A stretch of DNA of 64,000 nt from Azolla caroliniana (taxonomy: Eukaryota; Plantae; Polypodiophyta), in assembly GCA_043228905.1 (NCBI GenBank), contig JBHGNT010000007.1:2542001-2606000 (forward strand). The letters run 5' to 3'. The notes under the pieces are model-generated. The model saw nothing but the letters and a program-made list of their open reading frames with translations. It searched no databases and was not told the origin of the DNA. Within the stretch, counting starts at the first letter, position 1; every line of letters starts with the position of its first letter. The translations under genes were made by a program, and so were the position numbers. Shown here piece after piece: positions 11,601 to 23,835 of this stretch.

Positions 11601-14600
11601 TTTGGCAACTATATGCTAGATTATTCCATCCTATATTGTGCTTTATTTCTGCGCTCTTCAGAAGGGTTTACAGAATACACAAATGCAATTCTATGCTAGA
11701 TAAAAAGGAAGCCACAAATGCAGCTGAAACAACATGCAACTTATGAAACACATCTGAGAGAATGGAACACCTGAAAGCAGGATGAAGACAAAAAACGGGG
11801 AAAGGGGTGTTGATTCAACGTCGAAGAAAGAAGAAAGAAGATATAAAGAAAGAGAAAAAACATTATCTGTACATGTACGATTCTCAAGTCAGATTGTAAA
11901 TTGTCCAGAAATATCTTTATCATACATCAATCCAAAAAGGAGAGATATCTCTGAAGTGAGGAATGCACCTATGATGGCAGAAGCTAATGACCTTTATCAG
12001 TCAATGACAAGGGTTGCAAGATTATGGTCAACAAGGGCAGGCTGGGGCCTACATGCATGACAAATTGCTATTGTCAGATCTGTTGTAACCCCTTGGCAAT
12101 GTCCTGGTCTAGTGATGTTCTGGGGTTGATCCATATTGTTCCAATATTCAAGTTGACGATATCCATTTGGATCACTATTCTTTTCTGCATTGTTCATGTT
12201 TGGATGGAGACAATGTAAGCTATACTAGAATGGGGCAGTGAATTTATCCTTATGCCATATGCATCGAACCATTGCTGCATTTCAACATACCAACAATGAT
12301 TATCCCTGTGTTCAGCAAGTCTTTTTGCCTGCATAAATACTGACCTTGAGTACCTTCATTTTGGGAGCTCGCAAAGCTACTGGATACCAATCACTGATCA
12401 TAACAATGCCTCAGTGATTATTGGGGCTGCTCCCATCTCCACCAGAATTTGTCATGCGGCACAGATCCTTTGCTCCTTGTCATGCAGGCAGTCATTGAGA
12501 CTATGGTCTCCAAATATTTCCAAATATTTTCCTCGTCAATGTTGGAGGGTGGCAGCTCCAGCACTGCACTCTCTTTCATCTTTATTATCTTTGTCATCTC
12601 CACCAGAATTTGTCATGCGGCACAGATCCTTTGCTTCTTGTCATGCAGGCAGTCATTGAGACTATGGTCTCCAAATATTTCCAAATATTTGCCTCGTCAA
12701 TGTTGGAGGGTGGCAGCTCCAGCGCTGCACTCTCTTTCATCTTTATTATCTTTGTACTATATTCTCTCCCTTCCCAGATTCTTCCCTCTCTAGAATCTGC
12801 AACTCTTTTAATGCCTTCTCTCTCTAGAATTTGTAATGCTTTAAATGCCTTTTTCCTCTTCTACTTTTTCCAAGATATTCCCTTTTATTCCTAGCTTTTT
12901 GTACCTGTTTGGTAGTACAAGAGCCACTTTACTACCAAATAACCATTTCGCCCACTTTCCCCAATTTTGTATAAATAGGCTATACCAGCCTCTTTTGTAC
13001 AGACTTTTTACTTTGGTTGCTACTTAAAAACAAGCTCTATTATTTGGTTGTGTCTCTATCTTGGATGGGAACAATTACTTGGATTGGGAGCTGCAAATAA
13101 AGACCTTGCTACAATACCATCATTTATGGAATGTAGTCAATAACTTCATCCTCTTCAACCAAATCAAGAAACCACCAATAACTTCATCCTCTCCAACCAA
13201 ATCAGTTGTTGGCTCATCTAACACTAAGACTGAAGCTTGGCTAGATAAGGATTCTCGTGCCCATGCTTTCCTCATGTTTAATATTAAACCGAGCATCGCT
13301 CGTCAATTTCAATATAGAGATGAAGAGACAGCCAATGAACTATGGACATCCATCAAAAAGAGGTACCATCGAGCTAATCATGCTCAAATGATAGCTATTG
13401 AGAACCAACTAGCTAATCTCAAGATTCATGACACTCCCAACATCATGGATCAAATAACGCAATTTGTTACTCTCCAAAAGGAACTAGTTTCTTTGGGAAG
13501 CAAGTCAACTGAAGTTGAGTTTGTGCATTGCCTAATGATAAAGTTGCCTGAGTCATTCTCAGCATTTTGTGACTCAATTTCTCTTCTTCCCAACACACCT
13601 GATATGAATACATTTCTTGGTATCCTACAAGATAGGGCAACAAGGAAGAAAAGTGCTCAAACTTCCAATGAGACGCTTCTACATGCGACAAGTAAAGGCA
13701 AGTGGAAGCAAAATGGTAACTCCTACAACAAACCCAATCCAAGACCACCAAACAACCCAGCCTACAAGGAGCGTAAAGGCAAGTGGAAGCAAAATGGTAA
13801 CTCCTACAACAAACCCAATCCAAGACCACCAAACAACCCAGCCTACAAGGAGCTTACCTGTCATTATTGTGGCTACAAAGGTCACATTCAGCCCGACTAT
13901 CGGAAAAAAAAGAGACAATGCCAAGAAATCTTCTTCTACCGAAAGTCAACCTACACCAAAATCAAACTCGGTCCACTCAGCCAAAGAAACAGTTTTTCTT
14001 GGCATTGAGGAACATACTTCACATTTGGCTGGACCAACTACCTCAACCATTGATGAGTGGTTAGTAGATAGTGGTGCGACTTCACATGACCTATGACAAA
14101 TCCATTTTGCATGACGTGAAGCCTAGCTCTTCCCAAATCTCTATAGGAGATGCCTCAAGCATTGAGGCTTCATGTGTGGGTAATGTGTTTCTTGACAATT
14201 CTTCAAATGAAGAACCCGTCGTTCTTCAAGATGTGCTACATGTGTCTCGCATCTCTGCCAACCTACTTTCGGTCTACAAAATCGCCACGCAAGGTTATGG
14301 AGTCTACTTTGATAGCTCAGTTTTGGAAGTGATTGACACCAACAGCCTAAAAATTGTAGTTAGTGGCACACAAGAAGGGGGTTTATATCTCCTAAAAAGC
14401 TACCATAGCCCCTTGGAAAAGTCCAAATCTCATCTTCTTCATCTTCTTCAAGGCTCTCATGCCTTGGTGGCACAAGAAGATCCCACGTTATGGCATGCTA
14501 GGTTTGGTCATCTCAACTATGATTCTCTTCAAAAGCTCTCCTCTTCCCAACTAGTTGAGGGTCTTCCTATTTTCAAATCTCCCAATACCCCATGTGTTGC

Positions 14601-17600
14601 TTGTCTTCATGGCAAGCAACATCGAGAGCCTTTCCCTCATGAAGCCAGTCACCGTGCAACATCTATCTTGGAGTTAGTGCACATGGATTTTTGTGGTCCC
14701 ATGAAAACCACTACTCTTGGTGGTGCACGCTACTTCATGCTTATAATTGATGACTTCTCCCGCAAGGTTTGGGTTTATTTTCTTGTAGAAAAATCCCAAG
14801 CTTTCACTAAATTTGAAGAATGGGTAGCTCTCGTGGAAAAAGAGACATCGAAGAAAGTTCGAAAGATCAGGTTGGACAATGGTGGAGAGTTTATCTCCCA
14901 CGCTTTCCACCATTTCTGCTCTCAACGAGGCATTGCTCGCCAATTTTCTACACCCAATACTCCTCAACAAAATGGAGTCGTGGAAAGGAAGAACCGGACA
15001 GTCCAAGAGATGGCTTGTACAATGCTATCTCAATCTGATCTTCCTCTCTTGTTTTGGGGTGAAGCTGTCAACACAACAGTCTACATCATCAACTGCTACC
15101 CAACAAAAGCAGTTGCTGGAATGACGCCTGCAGAAGCATTTACAGGTGTAAAGCCCTCAGTACCTCATTTTAAAGTCTTTGGTTGTGATGCTTATGTTCA
15201 CATTTCAGATCATAAAAGGACGAAATTTGAGTCCAAAACCAAGAAATGCAAATTTCTTGGTTACAACACACAATCTAAAAGCGTACAGGTTATGGGATTT
15301 AGAGTCAAAGTCCCTAGTCATCTCTAGGGATGTTCATTTTGTGGAGTCTCAGCTGGATGATTCTAGGATTTCACCTGAGTTCATGGTTGAAATCCCAGCT
15401 CCTCTGGAATCTCCTATTTTAGACGAAGATGTCTCATCTTCAAGCCCCCATCTCCTCCTACTCAATCTCTAACTTCGCCAACCATTCAATCCTCTCCCTC
15501 AACTCCACTTGTTTCCCCTCCCTCTACAGACCAGCTTCCACCACTTCCCAAGTGGCTTCAAGCCACCATTCGTGATTGTCATCTCTCCGATCCTGAACTT
15601 CATGAGTATACATCTGGTTCTCGAACACGTAAGTCACAATGGCCTCTTCACTCATGCAACTTTGCCTTATTGTGCACTGTTGTGCAATCAAAAGAACCCA
15701 CAACAGCAAAAGAGGCCCTTGTTCTTCCAAAGTGGAAAGCAACAATGGAAGTTGAACTTGATTCCATTGAGCGGAATCATACATGGGAGCTAGTCCCACG
15801 GCCTCCACATCAACAAGTCATTGGACTGAAATCGATTGTGAGTAGCCTTTTGCCACTAAACATCAGCATGGTATTTGGTCTTGAAAATCCATTTGACAAA
15901 AGGCTACTCACAAGTCGAAGGAGTGGATTACGAGGAAACTTTTGCTCCAACAGCAATGTACACCTCTATCCGATGTGCGCTTGCACTTGCTACTCACAAC
16001 AAATGGCCCATTTTTCAAATGGATGTCAAGTCAGCCTTCCTTAATGGTGACTTGAAAGAGGAGGTTTATGTTGAACAGCCTCTAGGTTTCGAGATTTTAG
16101 AGCAGAAAAACATGGTCTACAGGTTACACAAAGCCTTGTATGGCTTAAAGCAAGCTCCCAAAGCTTGGCATGACAAAATTGATAGCTTCTTTCTCTCTCT
16201 TGGGTTTCAAAACTGTAATGCTGACAGCAATCTCTATGTTTTTCCCCAAGATAATTTGTTTTGCTTGATCATATTATATGTTGACGACCTTCTAATTACA
16301 GGGTCCCTTGCATCTAAAATCGAGAAGGTCCGCGCTGACCTCAAAACAACCTTTGAAATGACTGATCTAGGACTTCTCCATTATTTCATAGGTATGGAGG
16401 TCTATCAATCACATGGTGGTATCTTTCTCAGCCAACATAGGTATCTCAGGCAACTCCTTGAGACCTATAGCATGACAAATTGCAAGCCACTCTCCTGTCC
16501 AATGGATTCGAACTCAAAGCTATCTCGTGAGGACAATTCTCCCATATTTAAGGATATCACGAAATATAGAAGGTTAATTGGGTCCCTTCTTCACTTAACT
16601 TATACCAGGCCTGATTTGTCCTATAGCGTGAGTATTCTCAGCCAATTCTCAACTGCTCTAAGACAAAGTCATTGGCAAGCAGCTATTCGAGTTCTTCGGT
16701 ATTTGGCCAACACACTCGACTATGGTCTGTCTTTTAGAGGCGGCATTGAGCTTGTTGGATACTCAGATGTTGATTGGGCAGGTGATATTGATTCTAGAAG
16801 GTCCACATCTGGCTATTGTTTTATGTTAGATTCATGCTTGATTTCTTGGAAATCGAAGAAGCAAAACTCAGTTTCTACTTCATCGACGGAAACTGAATAT
16901 GGCGCCTACTTGGATACTTGTTGTGAGTTGCTATGGTTGATGCAATTGTTTTCTCACATTGGTGTTGTGAGAAAAGTTGTTAATAGCAGCAGCGGAAGAG
17001 TTAGAACAAAATAGTCACAGCCAAGCTATGAGAAGGCTGTTAGACAGCCGTAGAAAAATGGTTGCAAAGAGTAGAGACACAACCAAATAATAGAGCTTGT
17101 TTTTAAGTAGCAACCAAAGTAAAAAAAAGTCTTTACAAAAGAGGCTAGTATAACCTATTTATACAAAATTGGGGAAAGTGGGTGAAATGGTTGTTTGGTA
17201 GTAAAATGGCTCTTGTACTACCAAACAGGTACAAAAAACTAGGAATAAAAGGGAATATCTTGGAAAAAGCAAAAGAGAAAAAAAGGCATTTAAAGCATTA
17301 CAAATTCTAGAGAGAGAAGGCATTAAAGGAGTTGCAGATTCTAGAGAGGGAAGAATCTGGGAAGGGAGAGAATATAGTACAAAGATAATAAAGATGAAAG
17401 AGAGTGCAAGATTGGAGCTGCCACCCTCCAACACCTTCTCTCAGCTCCAGAACAGCGGTCCAACATTGAGTCGATCAAGGAGCTGATCAATGGCTTCCCT
17501 TGGAAGTGGCTTAGTAAATAAATCAGCCACATTTTCTTGAGTAGGGAAATATGTCAAGTTGATGACTTGTGATTTCACTAAGTCACGAACAAAAGTCATC

Positions 17601-20600
17601 AACTTGGCATACTGCCCTACTCAAGAAAATGTGGCTGATTTATTTACTAAGCCACTTCCAAGGGAAGCCATTGATCAGCTCCTTGATCGACTCAATGTTG
17701 GACCGTTGTTCTGGAGCTGAGAGAAGGTGTTGGAGGGTGGCAGCTCCAATCCTGCACTCTCTTTCATCTTTATTATCTTTGTACTATATTCTCTCCCTTC
17801 CCAGATTCTTCCCTCTCTAGAATCTGCAACTCTTTTAATGCCTTCTCTCTCTAGAATTTGTAATGCTTTAAATGCCTTTTTTTTCTTCTACTTTTTCCAA
17901 GATATTCCCTTTTATTCCTAGCTTTTTGTACCTGTTTGGTAGTACAAGAGCCACTTTACTACCAAACAACCATTTCACCCACTTTCCCCAATTTTGTATA
18001 AATAGGCTATACCAGCCTCTTTTGTACAGACTTTTTACTTTGGTTGCTACTTAAAAACAAGCTCTATTATTTGGTTGTGTCTCTACTCTTTGCAACCATT
18101 TTTTCTACTGCTGTCTAACAGCCTTCTTATAGCTTGGTTGTGTCTAATTTGTTCTAACTATTGCTCCGCTGCTGCTATTAACAGCATTTCTCGCAGTCAA
18201 GACTCAACCCCTAGGTTTCTACTTCATATATAAGAGTCGTGTGACAAGTGTATCAAATAGCCACATTTTAGTTTGTGCCTCTTGGGATTGAATATGTGCA
18301 CAAGGTCTTTCAAGAACACCAACTAAATTGTGGCTATTTGATAGCTGTGACACTAACTCTTCTTGGGACTAAGAGCCCTCAGTTTGCTCCTACTAGAAAG
18401 CGTTTCTTCTATATTTTAATATTTTCTGATTTTTGTTAGTGTTGTACAGCCTTGTTTTCGGAACTATATGTTGGAGGGAGATAGCCCCAGAACTGATTTC
18501 TCCCTTCTGCAATCTCTTTGCACATTCTCTCTAGATTTACTTTATTCCAGCATTTATTACAGTTGACTGTGAGAACCTACTGCTACTTCATTACAATATT
18601 TAATGCACTGTTCTTTTCTCTCTCTCTCTCTCTCTGCGTTTAGGGTTTATGCTCTGCGTTTACGGTTTTGGTTCTGCGTTTAGGGTTTTGGCTCTGTCTG
18701 TCTTTTCTGAAATGTCTGTCCTCTGTGTTTTCTGCAATGCCTGATCCTGTGCATTCTCTTCCAAATCTGATTTCCTGTATCTTCATCTGTTCCTGTATTC
18801 TTTCTGCCCAGTAGTAATTTCTATTCTTTCTGCCCTCAACATCTGACACCATGGAGTCCGAAGGGACAGACACTGAAAAGATGGATCTTAACACGCATGA
18901 CGAGGGTCCAGATCTATTGAAGACCACAAGAAGATATCATAGACGAAAAGGACGGGACCTGAATAGCGTCAAAAGGGCGTATAAGGAACCTAGAATGCAG
19001 GCCCCATCCAACATTCCATTCGATGTCGAAAATGGGAAACATGATCTTCTACACCATTTGATTGCGCAAGAGATCAACCTTATTAGAGAAGATATCGAAA
19101 TAACACTAAAAGAAGAAATGAAAAAGGAGATAGAGAAACAGAAATCAGAATTGTACGCCTCTATCAAGGCTGAGTTATTAGAAGAGATGCGGAAAGACAT
19201 AATAAGCCATGTGGAGAAATCACACTTAGAGCTCAGGGATGACATGACACAATACCTTAAGGATGAAATATCCTCAAGTAAGGTTGAGTTAGGAGCTATA
19301 AAAGTGGATTTCGAAAAAGGACAAGAAGCAGTGGAAAGATGCATCTCTACAGTGAAAGCCAATGTCACGAAGGAAATGCAAACATGGGCAGACATCGCCA
19401 AAGATGCCAAAGCTCAAGCCGAGCACGCCCAAAACGAAATTAAAGCAAATGCTCCTTAGATAGAGGTAGTAAAAAAGCAAAAAGGAACATCCATGGATAG
19501 GATGGCAATGATGAATGCTACTTTAGAAGAAGAAGCCAAGAGGAAAGCTCGTGTGTTGCATGTACGAGTGGTTGGTTGGGCCGAAAAGGGAAGTCCACAA
19601 GAAGATGCCAAGAATCTCGCAACAAAGATTGGAGCATCAGATATTCCATTTGCTTCGGCGTGGAGAGTGGGAAGAGATGAGTCTAGAGCTAAAGCCCTTA
19701 TCATCCGCTTCATGGATATTGACAAGAAAAAAGCTTTCCTCTCTAAAAGAAAGGTACTCAAGGGTGAAAAGATATACTTAGATGACGATCTCACTCCAGC
19801 CCAAGTGGCACACCACAAAGAAAACATGCCACGGGTGCTTGATGCAAGAAAGGAAGGCAAATGAGCCGTATATAGAGACGGCAAGGTCATTATTACAGAG
19901 AAGAGATCCGCATGACGATATATGGCCTATGAGACCCTACGCATGACCATATGGAATTGCAACGGCTCTCTACAGACAGATGTCGGATATTTTGAAGATA
20001 CATTGAAAAACACAGATATTGCTATGTATACAGAGACTCACCAATGTATGGCTAGCAAACTCCCCGAGGTACAAGGATACAGATGGGAGTCAATATGTTG
20101 CCCCCAACATCAGACACGAGGAAGCACTAGAGGTTCGGGAGGAGTGGCTATGCTATACAAAGAGGAGCTCCATGGTAGAGTGCATGTTGTACATAAGGAT
20201 GTGGATGCACACTACATGTGGATATGCATAAAAAGAGGGGATCTTAGGGAGCTATACATTGCAATTTGCTACTTTCCACCTGCCTATTCAAGGTTTGCAC
20301 CTTTAGGTGAATCACCATATCTACCATTATACGATGATATCATAAGATTTGCTACTATGGGGGATATAATACTATTAGGATATTTTAATGCACGAACCAA
20401 GGATGAACAAACAACTATATTTAACACCAACGAGGCTGTCTATGGAGAAGTTATGGCGGAAGAGGTTGGTCTAAAGAGAAAAGCTCACTAAACTGAATAT
20501 GGAAAACACTTTCTAGCCTTGGGAAGCACGCATGGACTTGTGATATATAATGGCTTGTCACAATGGCCTGGATCAGATGCTTTGACATGTTGGAACCCAA

Positions 20601-23600
20601 AAGGGGGTGCAAGCACAGTCGATTATCTAATGGGATCTCCATCTCTTATACCTGAAATAAAAGTGTTCACTATATCGGGAAGATCTATTGGCTTGGCAGC
20701 TGATCATGCATATCTACGCTTTGAGGTAAAGGATGGATGCACAAAGGATGTATATGCTAAGGAGAGGGGGCTGGCTAGGTATCTATTCATTCGCGAGACA
20801 ATTGATGTCTATAGTTGTGGTGTATACAATGGCATGCTAGATTTGGATCCTTTCGCACCGCTTGAAGAACTTACCCAAGGTTTATCCAAATCATTGCATA
20901 AAGCAGCCACAAAAGCCTTCCCTCACACAACGGCTAACCCCCCCAAACTCGGTAAAGTAATACAAAATCGTTGGTATGATGATGAATGTCGTGATACAAG
21001 GAGATGCTTGCAACGTGATGTAACTCGGGGCATTTATACACACAACCAAGCGAGAGCAACCTTCTAACGCCTCGTAAGGAGGAAGAAGAGATTGTATTTG
21101 GCTAAATTTGAAGATCATTTGTATCGCTTGTTTCTAGGACGAGAGAGTAAAAGAGCATGGAAACTGTTTAATGAGAGGCAACCCACCACACAATTGACCT
21201 CACCTCAAGTGTGGCACGAATATGCAAAGGTTCTATATGATATCCCGAGGCAACCTCCTCTTCCCCACCCGAATGCCTCACGCCCACATGAATCAACCTT
21301 CTTTACACCACAAAATGTAAGAAATCCCATTGATAGACTACAACTTGGGAAGGCCCAAGATCATGATGGATTGGTGGGAGAACACTTTATCTATGCCCGT
21401 GACACCTTGCTCCCATTGCTAGCACACATCTTTAATAGAGCCATGTGCGAAGGTTTTCCTACTAGATGGACTCAGCATACCATTGTGCCAATCCTCAAGA
21501 GTGGAGACCCGATGATGCCAAGCAACTATAGGACAATCATGATTGGCCATTACTTGGCCAAACTATATGGCTCGATTCGGGAATCAGAATTGAGTATATG
21601 GGCAGAGCAAAATGGCTGCCGCTCAATTGGACAGGCAGGCTTTCGGAAGGGTTTCACAACTTTGGATCACATATTCACCCTCCGGGCCCTTATTGAGGAG
21701 ATCAGAGCCCACAATAAGAGGATTTATTGCTGCTTTGTGGATTTTCGAAAAGCCTTTGACACTGTGCCACGTGCTCGGCTTATGCAGCAACTAGAGGCCA
21801 TTGGTGTTCCTATAGATATGCAATGGGGAATCTACGCACTCTATGAATCTATTTCAGGAAAAGTTCGGTCTCCTAAAGGCTTGTCAGAGGCGGTGGCTAG
21901 CACAATTGGCGTGAAGCAAGGATGCCCACTATCCCCCACACTCTTTGGTCTCTATATAGATGAGGTATCACAGTACATAGAGAGATTTGGTGGTTCCGGA
22001 GCACACCTAGCAGGTATAGCTATATAGATATTACTATATGTTGATGATATTGTGCTGATTTCTGACTCTCCGGAGGGACTACAAAGAAATCTAAATGCCT
22101 CAAAACTATTTTGTACGGACAAAGGTTTGTCAATCAACATGAATAAAACTAAAGTGATGGTGTTTAACACCACCCAAGCATGGGTAACAAGATCAGAACC
22201 AGAATTCTTCTTGGGAGAGGAAAAGGTGGAATACACACGCTCCTACACATACCTAGGAGTAACATTTACAGGACCTAGGTTCTCCTTACAAGAGGCCGCT
22301 TGTGCCCGACTTTCTTGTGGATATGCAGCCCTTGGTGCTCTTGAAAGACAATGTGCACATTTGCAGTTCCAAGAGCCACGAACTAAGCTATGGTTATTTG
22401 ATACACTTGTTACACCAACTCTTCTCTATGGAGTAGAGACATGGGGACCGAGTCTTAACAAGGCAAATCCTTGGAAAGATTTAGAGAGACCTTTAGTGTC
22501 AATGATTGCTCGCATGATAAGGAGCAAAGCATCGGTGCCCCACGATATTATCCGGGCAGAGATGGGAGCAGCACCTATAATAACCGAGGCATTGTTCCGA
22601 TCAGTGACATTTATCCAACGTCTTTGGGAGCTCCCTAAACGAAGGTACCCAAGGTTGGCACTTATGTCATCAAGACAACTGGCTCAAAATGGAGACACTC
22701 ATTGTTGGTATGCTGAAATGCAGCAATGGTTCGAGTCACATGGCATGAGTATAAATGCACTACCCCCGTTCCAATATAGCTTGGACTGTCCCCATCTCAA
22801 TATGACCAAAGTGGAAAAGAATAGAGTGATCCGAACTGATATTATTAACTTAGAAAACAAGATAACATGGATCAGCCCCAAAATACCACTTGGTACAAAG
22901 ATGGCCCACTATAAGACACACTTCTTACATACATCGGAGGATGGATTTGTCATAAGGCCACCTTATATGGACATACATCTATCCTATGCGCTGCATAGTG
23001 TGATAGGGCAGCTGCGAACTTCATCACATCAGCTACAGATTGAGGTGGGCAGATATACACGACTACCTCTAGAAGAGAGAATTTGCCAATTGTGTCATCA
23101 AGGAGTGGAATCCGAAGAACACTATGTTTGTCATTGTAGTGTCTTTTATGAAATCAGAGGGAGATACCATTGCCTCTTTAAACAAGGCTTTGGCCCACTA
23201 CGCAAGGTAATGGAATCTGAGGACCAAAGATGCCTAGGACTTTTCTTGCTCGAGCTCAAGAGACATCGGGACAAGTTGTTGAAGAATACAACCACACAAG
23301 CTCATCCACAAAGAACAATCACAACTTTCTTTAGCTCCATCACTCCTAATGCTAGAAGTCAACCCCAGGATACAGAAATGGGATCCAGACCAGGATATAA
23401 CAAAGGGGTTACGATTGATCGGGCAATGGCAATTTGCCGTGCACGTAGGCCCTGGCCCCATGGACCACGACCTCGACACCCTTGTCATCGACAAATAAAA
23501 GCCATTATCTCCCGCCATCGTAGGTGCTTCCCTCGCTTTGGAGACATTTCCATTCTGGATCGACCTATGATAGAGATCTTTCGGAGACAAAAACTACAAT

Positions 23601-23794
23601 ATACCTAACTTGAGAATCTCGCATGTGCCAAAAACCAGATTCTCTCGTCTCTTTTCTTTTCATCTTATTTACTTTTATATTTACCGTGTAATATTTACTT
23701 TATTTTGATTTGTTCTCAAAGACGAGAAAACATTTAAGATGTAATCTCTTATTCGGTCTTATAGGCCATTTTGGCCTCTTAAAAGACGTTAATA

Positions 23795-23835
<41 letters not shown>

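Larger units (their letters stand above)
12701..18195 (+). mobile_element. Ty1/copia LTR retrotransposon, degenerate
   Basis: TSD GTCAA; 5' LTR 12701-~13058 (3' part and PBS deleted), 3' LTR 17728-18195 preceded by purine tract; gag, protease (DSGAT), integrase, RT (YVDD), RNase H in copia order. Confidence 0.93.

Noticed and set aside
11671-12328. Candidate missing PAT exons (11671-11770, 12291-12328; also near 35344-35520)
   Set aside because: Splice signals exist, but phases only fit through a speculative multi-exon chain, and part of the region is LINE-derived.
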